The notes under the pieces were generated by a model. That model saw nothing but the letters and a program-made list of their open reading frames with translations, was not told the DNA's origin and searched no databases. Below, one piece after another: positions 51,082-59,784 of a stretch of DNA of 64,000 nucleotides. Location of the stretch: the NCBI GenBank assembly GCA_040767195.1, contig JAXGPA010000005.1, positions 64,001 to 128,000 of the forward strand, in the 5' to 3' direction. The position numbers and the translations under genes were made by a program. Position 1 is the stretch's first letter. Each line of letters begins with the position of its first letter. This DNA is from Syntrophales bacterium (GTDB lineage Bacteria; Desulfobacterota; Syntrophia; Syntrophales; UBA6807).

Positions 51082-51306
51082 ACAGGACGACCCCCCAGGG
51101 CTGCCCCTGAAAACCGCTGTCTAGGCCACCTGTAACCTCCGGTTATCACGGCACTTGGCCGGGAAGGCCGGCTCCTCCCAAACCGGAGGTCTTCACCACC
51201 GGAAAAAGGGTGTTTGCCGTCTTGTCATTTCAAGAGATCGAAATCGGTCAAGGTAGGAACTATAACAGGCGCCAGTCCTCCGTTCGGGACGGCCGGCGCA
51301 GGGAGG

Positions 51307-51726
51307 TCACTTGACGAGCAGAATGGGACAGGTGCAAAGCATGCCCACCTTGTAGCTGATGGTCCCCCACCCCTCGGACGGTCGGCCCAGGTCCACCCTG
51401 TGGGAGTTCATGACGATCAGGTCGCTTCTGTTTTCCTCGGAGAATTTCAATATTTCCTGGGCCCGGTTGCCGTACGTGACGGTTTCGTTGATGGTCACCC
51501 CGTGATTCTGGAAGGCCTTCCTTTGCTCCGCCATCTGTTGACGGGCCTTGTTTTCCAGTTTTCTGTAAAACTCCTCGCACTCTTCGAAGGACGTTCCCTG
51601 AATGATTTCAACGACATGGAGCAGTTGCACGGTTCCGCCGTAGTGCTCGGCGATATTGACGGCGATATCCAGGGGCCGGAGGCTCCTTTCGGAAAAATCC
51701 GTAGGCACCAGAATCTGCTTGAACAT
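51307..51726 (-). CDS. Universal stress protein (UspA family)
   Basis: FKQILVPTDFS, LLHVV, G...QEI, DLIVM, CPILLVK. Confidence 0.93.
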   Translation of the reverse strand: MFKQILVPTDFSERSLRPLDIAVNIAEHYGGTVQLLHVVEIIQGTSFEECEEFYRKLENKARQQMAEQRKAFQNHGVTINETVTYGNRAQEILKFSEENRSDLIVMNSHRVDLGRPSEGWGTISYKVGMLCTCPILLVK

Positions 51727-52055
51727 GACAGACCTCTCTTTACCGGGATGTTTCCGCCGTCCGCGGACGGGCTCCCGTGATCGCCCGGGGCCTCACGCCT
51801 CCCCGGTCCACCCGCCCTTTCGGGTTACCGGTCTTCCGGCCCCGGCTTCCCGTGACGGCCCATGCAGATTTTCTTACCAGCATTGACTGGCGGTTTCAAT
51901 TTTTTTGTCGGTTTTTTTCCGAGCGGGATCGACCTTGGAATGCCTCTTGCCGGAAAGTCCCGATCATGCCATAAAAATAGGATATGGACTTCAGCCCTGT
52001 TCAGGTTACGAGCAGCCCGGTTTGACTTCGCGATGAGGAAAGGGAGAACGAAATT

Positions 52056-52964
52056 ATGAATATTTTCATGACAGGCGGCACGGGGTTTGTTGGAACGACA
52101 CTGGCGAGGGAACTTTCCGCCGCCAGCCACAGGGTGACCATCCTGACGAGACCGGGAAAGGAAAAAAAGACGAGCCTGGCCGGTGTTTCTTACGTGGACG
52201 GGGACCCGACACGGCGGGGACCCTGGCAGGAGAAAGTGCCCGGTCACGATGTGCTGATCAACCTGGCCGGTTCGCCTGTTTTTGCCCGATGGACGGACGC
52301 TGTTAAAAAGGATCTCAGGGAAAGCCGCATTCTTACCACGGCCCATCTCGTGGAGGCCCTTGAATCCGGGCCGGGGGAACGCCCTTCTCTTTTAAGCACG
52401 TCCGCGGTGGGTTATTACGGTTTTCACGGGGATGAGGAACTGGATGAGAGGTCTGGCCCGGGATCGGATTTTCTCGCCACCCTGGCCTTGGAGTGGGAGG
52501 AAAAGGCCCTGGAGGCGGAAAAGCGCGGGGTCCGCGTGGTTCTCTGCCGTTTCGGCATCGTCATGGGGAAAAACGGCGGCGCCCTGGCCCAGATGGTCCG
52601 CCCGTTCCGCTTCGGCGCGGGAAGCCCGCTGGGAAGCGGCAGACAGTGGTTTTCCTGGATTCACGAGATGGATCTCGTCCGCATCTTCCTTTTTCTCATG
52701 GAAAATCAGGAAATAACGGGACCCGTGAACTGTACGGCCCCCCACCCCGTCCGGAACGGAGAACTCACAAAAATCATGGGCCGGGTTCTCGGGGTTCCCA
52801 CCTTCCTGCCCGCCGTCCCGGGGTTCCTGGTTTCCCTGATCCTTGGGGAATTCGGCAGCGTTCTCCTGAAGGGACAGAAAGTCATGCCGGTTAAGCTTCT
52901 GAAGGCAGGGTTCCGTTTCGAGTATCCCGACATGGAAAGGGCCCTCAAAAATCTTCTGAAATAA
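52056..52964 (+). CDS. TIGR01777 family NAD-dependent epimerase/oxidoreductase
   Basis: TGGTGFVG, INLAG, SAVGYYG, GSGRQWFSWIH, Q.V.P..L...GF.F. Confidence 0.92.
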   Translation: MNIFMTGGTGFVGTTLARELSAASHRVTILTRPGKEKKTSLAGVSYVDGDPTRRGPWQEKVPGHDVLINLAGSPVFARWTDAVKKDLRESRILTTAHLVEALESGPGERPSLLSTSAVGYYGFHGDEELDERSGPGSDFLATLALEWEEKALEAEKRGVRVVLCRFGIVMGKNGGALAQMVRPFRFGAGSPLGSGRQWFSWIHEMDLVRIFLFLMENQEITGPVNCTAPHPVRNGELTKIMGRVLGVPTFLPAVPGFLVSLILGEFGSVLLKGQKVMPVKLLKAGFRFEYPDMERALKNLLK

Positions 52965-53163
52965 CAGGCCGGAAAAGACGGTTCTGAAAGATCCGACGGC
53001 GTGGCCGTGAAAAAAAGGATCATCCCGTTGTCTGTGGCGATGAAATATGCTAAAAAGTATCGATTATAAGAGCGGCGGCAAAGCCGTGTTCCCGGAGGCG
53101 GGTCCGGCGGCTCCGCGAGGTAATTTGACAGGGCCGGATTGCGAGGTTTCAAGCGGGTTCATC

Positions 53164-54156
53164 ATGATTGACAGGTTTCACAGGGATATCAACTACCTTC
53201 GTATTTCCGTGACGGACCGGTGCAATCTCCGGTGCCGGTACTGCATGCCCAAGGAGGGCGTTTCCCTCATGGGCCACGAGGATATCCTGACGTACGAGGA
53301 AATCCTCCGCGTCGTCAGGCTGGCCGTCGGCATGGGTATCGCCAAGGTTCGCGTCACCGGGGGGGAACCTCTCGTCCGCCTGGGAATCGTCGATTTCATA
53401 AAGGAATTGAAGGGGATCGACGGCCTCCAGGATATCAGTATCACCACGAACGGGATTCTGCTCGAAACCTTCGCCGAGCCCCTTTACCGGGCCGGCCTCA
53501 AGCGGATCAACGTCAGCCTGGATTCCCTGGATCCTGAAAAATACAAGTACATCACGAGGGGCGGCGACCTGGCCAGGGTTCTCCGGGGAATCGAAAAGGC
53601 GGAGGCCGTGGGGTTCGACCCCATCAAGATCAACGTTGTGGCCATCCGTCATTTCAACGAGGACGAAGTGGTCCGCTTCTCGGACATGACCGTGGACAAA
53701 CCCTATCATGTCCGGTTCATCGAACTCATGAACATCGGAAACGGCGGCGAGAAAAATTCCCTGGCATATCTTTCCAACGACACGGTGCTTGAGGAAATCC
53801 GCCGGGTTCACGCCCTGGTGCCCCTGAACGGCAAAAGGGCGTCCACCGACGGGCCCGCCCGGTGTTTCAGGGTCTCCGGCGGGAAGGGGGAACTCGGTTT
53901 CATCAGCGCCACGAGCCACCAGTTCTGTGACAGCTGCAACCGTTTGCGCCTGACCGCGGAAGGCCATCTCAGGGCCTGCCTCCTGTCCGATCGCGAGATC
54001 GACCTCAAGGACGCCCTGCGAGGAGAATGCGACGACGAGGACATCCGGGCCCTTCTTCAGCGGGCGGTCCTGGAGAAGCCGAGAGGGTCTTTCGAACCCG
54101 CCTGCCCCAGGAATAGAAAAAAATGCGAGCGGCACATGTCCTCCATCGGGGGCTGA
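53164..54156 (+). CDS. moaA: GTP 3',8-cyclase
   Basis: YLRISVTDRCNLRCRYCMP, TGGEP, FCDSCNRLR, C-terminal IGG. Confidence 0.97.
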   Translation: MIDRFHRDINYLRISVTDRCNLRCRYCMPKEGVSLMGHEDILTYEEILRVVRLAVGMGIAKVRVTGGEPLVRLGIVDFIKELKGIDGLQDISITTNGILLETFAEPLYRAGLKRINVSLDSLDPEKYKYITRGGDLARVLRGIEKAEAVGFDPIKINVVAIRHFNEDEVVRFSDMTVDKPYHVRFIELMNIGNGGEKNSLAYLSNDTVLEEIRRVHALVPLNGKRASTDGPARCFRVSGGKGELGFISATSHQFCDSCNRLRLTAEGHLRACLLSDREIDLKDALRGECDDEDIRALLQRAVLEKPRGSFEPACPRNRKKCERHMSSIGG

Positions 54157-54189
54157 CCGGCTCGCGGCGGGACAGGCGAGGACGGGAAG

Positions 54190-54960
54190 ATGGGGGTATA
54201 CGGAAAACAGTCCCCATCATGGGAAGCCTGGCAGGCCTCTCCCCGGGGAATATACGTAAACCGGAGAAAGCGGCGGTTTCTCATCGACTTGCTTCAGCCG
54301 GCCGTCGGCGAGAGGGTCCTCCTGGTATGCCGGCATAAAACCAGCGCCGCGGATTTTTTAAGAAAGGAAGGGTGCGCCGTCACCCTTTTCTGTTTCAGAG
54401 ATTCCCGTTCCAGTAACGAAAGGGGCCCCGATGACCGGGTGCCGGATCTTATTCGATGGGACCCCGGAGACCTCCCTTTTTCCGATGACGAGTTCGATGC
54501 GGTCATCCTTGAGGACTGTCTCGAATTTTCCGCTGATCCGGAGCCGGTGGTGAACGAGGCCGTCCGGGTGTGCCGGGGACGGGTGTTCGTCGCCGTGGCA
54601 AACGGGCTTTCTCTTCACAGGACCCCCGTGGGCCCGGCGGAAAATTTTTCCCGGAAAGACTCTGGCAAGGCTCGCTTTTTCGGCGCCGCTCGAATCCTCG
54701 GGCTCATCAGGGGGATCCTTCCGGAGACGCGGGTACGCTGGGGCAGTGTGCTCTTTTTCCCTTATTCGTGGTACACGGCCTGGTCGGATGTGGAAGACAG
54801 GATTCCGACAACCCGAAACCCCTTCGGTTATTACCTGGGGTTCGTCTTTCCCGTGGTTTTTAAATGGCGTTCCCTTCAGGAGCCCCTCGCATCGGGCATT
54901 GCCAGGGATCTGAAACCGGAAACGGGTTTTCCGGCGTCGAGGACTGCGGAAAGGAGGTGA
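54190..54960 (+). CDS. Methyltransferase type 11-like protein with degenerate SAM motif
   Basis: DLPFSDDEFD...LEF..DP....EAVRV typical of Methyltransf_11; Gly-rich motif I absent. Confidence 0.65.
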   Translation: MGVYGKQSPSWEAWQASPRGIYVNRRKRRFLIDLLQPAVGERVLLVCRHKTSAADFLRKEGCAVTLFCFRDSRSSNERGPDDRVPDLIRWDPGDLPFSDDEFDAVILEDCLEFSADPEPVVNEAVRVCRGRVFVAVANGLSLHRTPVGPAENFSRKDSGKARFFGAARILGLIRGILPETRVRWGSVLFFPYSWYTAWSDVEDRIPTTRNPFGYYLGFVFPVVFKWRSLQEPLASGIARDLKPETGFPASRTAERR

Positions 54961-54963
54961 CTC

Positions 54964-55977
54964 ATGGTCCGGGAAGCCATGCTCTACGAGAAAAAGGACG
55001 ACGGCCGGGTCGTCTGCCGCCTGTGCGCCCACGGCTGTGCCATCGCCCCCGGAAAAAGGGGGATCTGCGCCGTCCGGGAGAACCGGGAAGGGGTGCTTTA
55101 CACCCTGAATTACGGGCGCGTCGTCGCCGAGAACGGGGACCCCATCGAGAAGAAACCTTTTTTTCATTTTCAGCCGGGGTCCCGCTCCTATTCCATTGCC
55201 GCCGTGGGGTGCAACTTTCAGTGCCGGTTCTGCCAGAACCATGAGATTTCCCAGATGCCACGGGAAACGGGACAGGTCGTTGGAAGGCCGACGGACCCCT
55301 CGGCCGTCGTGAGCCGGGCCCTGGCGTCGGGTTCCCGAAGCGTGGCCTACACCTACACGGAGCCGACGATTTTCTTCGAATTCGCTTACGACACGGCGAA
55401 ACTGGCCCGGGAGAGGGGCCTTCGAAACGTGTTCGTCACGAACGGGTACATGTCCGGCGAGGCCCTTGATCGGATCGAGCCTTTTCTCGACGGGGCCAAC
55501 GTGGACCTCAAGGCCTTTACCGATGTCTTTTACCGGAAATACTGCGGTGCCCGGCTCGATCCCGTCCTGGAAACATTGAAAAGAATGAAGGAAAAAAAGA
55601 TCTGGGTGGAGGTCACGACCCTGATGATCCCCAGCCTGAACGACGATCCGGGGGAACTCTCGCGCATGGCTGAATTCATCCGCACCCTGGGGCCGGAAAC
55701 CCCGTGGCACATCAGCCGGTTCCATCCCCAGTACCGGATGCGGGATCTTCCCCCGACGGATGTACGGAAACTCCATGAAGCCGCCCGGATCGGCAAGGCG
55801 GCGGGCCTGGAGCACGTCTACACGGGGAACATTCCCGGGGACGACTGGGAGAACACCTTCTGCGCCCACTGCGGGGAGCTGCTGATCCGCCGGACCGGTT
55901 TTCACGTCCGGGAATCCCGTCTCGAGAACAGCGCCTGTCCCCGCTGCGGGACCCCCCTGGCGGGTCTACTCGGCTGA
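54964..55977 (+). CDS. amrS: AmmeMemoRadiSam system radical SAM enzyme
   Basis: CRLCAHGC, DPIEKKP, GCNFQCRFCQN, YTYTEP, NVDLK, HISRFHP, C-terminal CxxC pairs. Confidence 0.93.
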   Translation: MVREAMLYEKKDDGRVVCRLCAHGCAIAPGKRGICAVRENREGVLYTLNYGRVVAENGDPIEKKPFFHFQPGSRSYSIAAVGCNFQCRFCQNHEISQMPRETGQVVGRPTDPSAVVSRALASGSRSVAYTYTEPTIFFEFAYDTAKLARERGLRNVFVTNGYMSGEALDRIEPFLDGANVDLKAFTDVFYRKYCGARLDPVLETLKRMKEKKIWVEVTTLMIPSLNDDPGELSRMAEFIRTLGPETPWHISRFHPQYRMRDLPPTDVRKLHEAARIGKAAGLEHVYTGNIPGDDWENTFCAHCGELLIRRTGFHVRESRLENSACPRCGTPLAGLLG

Positions 55978-56244
55978 CCGGTCCTTTTCCCCGTCTTTAT
56001 CCTCCCACGCCAGGTCTTCCTCGTCATAGGAGCGGGAAAGGACGGAGCGGGCGAGAAGCAGCGCGCTTCGGGGCACCAGGACCTTCACTTCCCCCAGCCC
56101 GTCCAGGGTCAGACCGTAAAGGGCGCCCACGGCCTCGTACCGGAGTTTCGTCGGTATTCCTTCCGCCTCGAGCCGCCCCGCCACGATCCGCGCCGGCACC
56201 ATGCCCTGGGCGAAGTAGATCACCTCCCAGTCCCGGTCTTCCAT
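55966..56244 (-). CDS. DUF2007-like small protein
   Basis: W.VI..AQG...A.IV.G.LEAEGIP...GEVKVLV pattern. Confidence 0.7.
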   Translation of the reverse strand: MEDRDWEVIYFAQGMVPARIVAGRLEAEGIPTKLRYEAVGALYGLTLDGLGEVKVLVPRSALLLARSVLSRSYDEEDLAWEDKDGEKDRSAE

Positions 56245-56248
56245 GAGA

Positions 56249-57238
56249 TCAATCCTTTCCTGTCAGAGGGGACGACACGACGATCCTGATGTAACCGTCC
56301 AGGCTGTCGCCGTTTTCGTCCTGCCCGCCCAACCCGGGCAGGCGAAGGGTCGTCCCGTCCCGGACGCCGGGGGGGACGGATACGTGAAACAATTTCTTCC
56401 CGCCCCTTCCGGCAAGGCCGATCATTTTCCGGGTTCCCTGGGAGGCCTCCCGGGGCGTGATGGAAAGCGTGCCGACGAGACGGGGTCTTTCACCATCCCT
56501 GTCGGGATGAATGACCCGGATCCGGGGCGTAGTCCTGCGGGCGGTGGCCTGCTCGAGAGCGGCGAAAGCGGCGAACCGGGGAAAGAGGTCAAAGGCTTTC
56601 AGGAAAAGGATGCCGAAGACGAAGCCGCCGATGTGGGCCCACCAGGCGATTCCCCCGCCCGCCGTCCCGGACAGGGTGGCGGAGAGGAACTGGAAGAGGA
56701 ACCACAGGCCCAGAAAAAAGGCTGCGGGGAGTTCGAAGAAATAGGGGATGAACAGAATGGGAACGAGAGTAAGCACCCGGGACCGGGGATAGAGCAGGAA
56801 ATAGGCCCCCATGACCCCCGCGATGGCCCCGCTCGCCCCGATGGTGGGCATGGCGGACTGGAGGTTGAAGAGAAGGTGGGTCATGCCCGAGGCCCACCCG
56901 CAGAAAAGGTAAAACAGGAGGTAGCGGAGATGGCCCAGGTGGTCCTCCACGTTGTCGCCAAAAATGTAAAGGAACCACATGTTGCCCAGGATGTGCCAGA
57001 AACCGCCGTGAAGGAACATAAAGGAAAGAAGGGAGAAAACCTGTTCGGAAAAGGTGAAGTGAGCGGCGATTTCAGGGATGGTGAACCGGGCCGGGACGAG
57101 GCCGTAAAGAAAGACAAACTGGTTCAGGTGCGGTCCCTGGGACAATTGGACGAAATAGACGAAAACGTTGAGGGCGATGAGGCCGAAGTTCACGAGAGGG
57201 AAGGTCCGGGATCGGATGGTGTCTCGAAGCGGGATCAT
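56249..57238 (-). CDS. Rhomboid intramembrane serine protease with C-terminal DnaJ-C-like domain
   Basis: MFLHGG..HILGNM, GASGAI (catalytic Ser), WAHIGG (catalytic His); tail SITPREASQG...VSVPPGVRDGTTLRLPGLG. Confidence 0.9.
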   Translation of the reverse strand: MIPLRDTIRSRTFPLVNFGLIALNVFVYFVQLSQGPHLNQFVFLYGLVPARFTIPEIAAHFTFSEQVFSLLSFMFLHGGFWHILGNMWFLYIFGDNVEDHLGHLRYLLFYLFCGWASGMTHLLFNLQSAMPTIGASGAIAGVMGAYFLLYPRSRVLTLVPILFIPYFFELPAAFFLGLWFLFQFLSATLSGTAGGGIAWWAHIGGFVFGILFLKAFDLFPRFAAFAALEQATARRTTPRIRVIHPDRDGERPRLVGTLSITPREASQGTRKMIGLAGRGGKKLFHVSVPPGVRDGTTLRLPGLGGQDENGDSLDGYIRIVVSSPLTGKD

Positions 57239-57397
57239 GGCACGTCATGGATGTCCGTTCTTGTTTTCAGCCCGGCGGGACCGGGCTGGCTCATTTATAC
57301 CTGCCTCCGGGGGAAAATGCAATGAACGGGGCCTTTCGGCAAGGCCCTGAAAAGAGGGAACGGGCCGGCGGTTTTTTCCCGGCGGTTCGGTCAGGCG

Positions 57398-57427
57398 AAA
57401 AAAAAGGGCGGGAAATCCCGCCCTTTT
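57398..57427 (-). terminator. Intrinsic terminator after satP copy 1
   Basis: A-run, GGGCGGGA-AA-TCCCGCCC stem, T-run. Confidence 0.75.
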
Positions 57428-57445
57428 CCACAGCCATGAAAACGA

Positions 57446-58039
57446 TTACTTTATAAAAGGCTTGGGAATGGGGTAAATGGCTTTGCCGTACACGGTGTTG
57501 CACGTGATGGCTCCGGCCATGTAGATCCCCATCCAGCCGACGATGATCAGCAGGTAGCCCACGACGGGCTTCCAGGTGGCCGGGTCGGCGAGCCCCAGGT
57601 CGAGGAATACGATGACCCAAAGGACGATGTCGACGAGGATGACGAGAATCGGCATGACCTTGGTGGACTTGAAATAGGCCGGGGTGACCGCCGTGAGGAA
57701 TCCCGCACCGGCCATCCAGCACCAGCCTTCCACGTAGGACAGGGGCTTCAGGCTGAAGGTGATGAGCATGAACTTGGCGAAGACGCTGAGCGCCGCGGCG
57801 AACATGAAGAAAGCGGAGAAGAAGAGGAACACGTTACCGCCGGTGATGTTGTGGTCTTTCAGTTCCATGACCGCCGTCGTGTACTGGACGATGCCGCCAC
57901 CGATGAGCCAGGCGGCGAGAAGAGGCAGACCGCCGAGTCCCACCTTGCCAAGAAACACTGCTCCGAAACCGAAGCAGGCCACGGCCAGGGCTGCGAGACC
58001 GGCCGGACCGGGAGATGCAAAAGTATGTTCCTGTGCCAT
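57446..58039 (-). CDS. Acetate uptake/export channel (SatP/YaaH/GPR1-FUN34 family), copy 1
   Basis: ASPGPAGL (variant of ANPAPLGL), GG.VQ, six TM helices, 197 aa. Confidence 0.8.
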   Translation of the reverse strand: MAQEHTFASPGPAGLAALAVACFGFGAVFLGKVGLGGLPLLAAWLIGGGIVQYTTAVMELKDHNITGGNVFLFFSAFFMFAAALSVFAKFMLITFSLKPLSYVEGWCWMAGAGFLTAVTPAYFKSTKVMPILVILVDIVLWVIVFLDLGLADPATWKPVVGYLLIIVGWMGIYMAGAITCNTVYGKAIYPIPKPFIK

Positions 58040-58409
58040 AATGACGCCTCCTTATTGATATGCTGAAAAAATTGAAATGTTCGGAAAAATGACAGAAATC
58101 CAACAACCCCTTTTCGCGTGTTTCAACAGGCGGCAGTGACGGGCCATCCCCCCTTTCTTCCCGTGGATTTCTTCCATACCCGGCCTTATCCCTTTTTGAC
58201 GGGAACGCCCGGGATGGAAGATGACGGGTAACGCTTTCAAATGCTTTATAAATGTGTGTTTAAGAGAAATCCCCCTTCGGGAGGCCTTGCCATTGCTACC
58301 AAATTCAAGGAGGGATGTCAAGAAATAAGGAATAATGCGGTTACAGAAGGACTGCGCCTCGGAAGTAGTTGTAAAACCTCATCATAACATGTGGTGTTTC
58401 GGGAAAAAG

Positions 58410-58445
58410 TAAAAAAGGCAGGAGATTTCTCTCCTGCCTCTTTTT
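58410..58445 (-). terminator. Intrinsic terminator after satP copy 2
   Basis: A-run, AGGCAGGAGA-TTTC-TCTCCTGCCT stem, T-run. Confidence 0.75.
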
Positions 58446-58479
58446 GCGGAAAGTCCGGCTTCCGCCGGCGCTTTCGTAT

Positions 58480-59076
58480 TTATTTGATAAAGGGCGATGG
58501 GACCGGGTAGACCGATTTCCCGTAGACCGTGTTGCACACCACAGCGCCGGCCATGTAGACACCGATCCATCCAGAGACGATGAGGAGGTAGCCCACGATG
58601 GGTTTCCAGGTGGCGGCGTCGGCAATGCCCAGGTCGAGGGTCACGATGATCCACAGGACGATGTCGATGAGGATGACGAGAATGGCGATTGCCTTCGTCG
58701 ACTTGAGGTACGCCGGGGTGACCGCCGTGAGGAACGCCGCGCCGGCCATCCAGCACCAGCCTTCCACGTACGCCAGGGGCTTCAGGCTGAAGGTGATGAG
58801 CATGAACTTGGCGAAAACGCTCAGCGAGGCCGCGAACATGAAGAAGGCGGAGAAGAAGAGGAACACGTTACCGCCGACGATGTTGTGGTCCTTCAACTCC
58901 ATGACCGCCGTCGTATATTGAACGATACCCCCGCCAATGAGCCAGGCAGCCAGCAACGGTAACCCCCCCAGGCCGACTTTGCCAAGAAACACCGCGCCAA
59001 AACCGAAACACGCCACCGCAAGAGCGCCCAAACCAGCCGGACCGGGTGATGCAAATGTATGCTGCGTATGTGCCAT
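58480..59076 (-). CDS. Acetate uptake/export channel (SatP/YaaH family), copy 2
   Basis: Closely similar paralog of 57446-58039; AGGAGG RBS. Confidence 0.8.
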   Translation of the reverse strand: MAHTQHTFASPGPAGLGALAVACFGFGAVFLGKVGLGGLPLLAAWLIGGGIVQYTTAVMELKDHNIVGGNVFLFFSAFFMFAASLSVFAKFMLITFSLKPLAYVEGWCWMAGAAFLTAVTPAYLKSTKAIAILVILIDIVLWIIVTLDLGIADAATWKPIVGYLLIVSGWIGVYMAGAVVCNTVYGKSVYPVPSPFIK

Positions 59077-59418
59077 AGATGAGTCCTCCTTTTTTTATCT
59101 TTTTTCATGTCGAACGATTGCCAGTATAAACTCCCCTTTAAAAACCCCCGTTCGCTTCTTGGCCGTCACCTCCTTTCTCTTTAAGGATTTTCCCTCCTTT
59201 AGGGCTTATGGAAACCGATGATTACGTTGACACCCCCCCTGAAAAAGACGCCGCAAGCGGCCCGCTTGATGTGGCGCAGTCTCGAAAAATAAAAGCGACT
59301 GCGCACAGCGGTTGGATAACAAATTTATTGAAACCTTGTCAAGGGAAAAAGAACCCTGTTCCCGTTGAAAAATCCCGATCCTCCGGCCCTGTTTTTCACC
59401 GTCGCCGGGGTCGTTCGT

Positions 59419-59601
59419 TTACCACTCGAAATAGCGGATGAAGATCACTACGAAACCGAGAAACCAGAGGATGAAGAAGATCAGGTAGCTCGTGTCCCGG
59501 TTCAGGTTGAGAAAAGTCTTTTTCGAAAGGATGGGGTACAGGTCCTCCGCCTTCTCCGGCCGGGGCGCGGGCGTTTTCAGCCCCTTGTTCTTGCGCTTCA
59601 C
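59419..59601 (-). CDS. 60-aa hypothetical protein with a C-terminal TM helix
   Basis: GGGAGG RBS + GTG start, upstream TTGACA; YLIFFILWFLGFVVIFI hydrophobic segment. Confidence 0.55.
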   Translation of the reverse strand: MKRKNKGLKTPAPRPEKAEDLYPILSKKTFLNLNRDTSYLIFFILWFLGFVVIFIRYFEW

Positions 59602-59727
59602 CAAATTCCCTCCCGTCACGTTTGGTCTTATCTTGAGGGGAAAGAAGGTTCCTGTCAAGAAAAGAAAACAGAAAAGAAAACGTGAAAAGAAATGTGAAAA
59701 CCGGGGAGGGGAGAGGGCGCCGGAAAA

Positions 59728-59756
59728 GAAAAGGCCCGGCGTGGCCGGGCCTTTTT
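59728..59756 (-). terminator. Intrinsic terminator after the CoA-transferase gene
   Basis: AAAAGGCCCGGC-GTG-GCCGGGCCTTTT. Confidence 0.75.
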
Positions 59757-59784
59757 CGGTGCGTTCTCGGTTTTGGACGATTCG

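Noticed and set aside
51110..51235. Partial resemblance to c-di-GMP-I (GGCAAAC...GGTTAC, minus strand) or cobalamin (GGGAAGGC, plus strand) riboswitches
   Set aside because: Key elements are missing (GNRA loop and GACGCAAA; B12 box), and it does not lie within an evident 5' UTR. Kept only as an unidentified structure.
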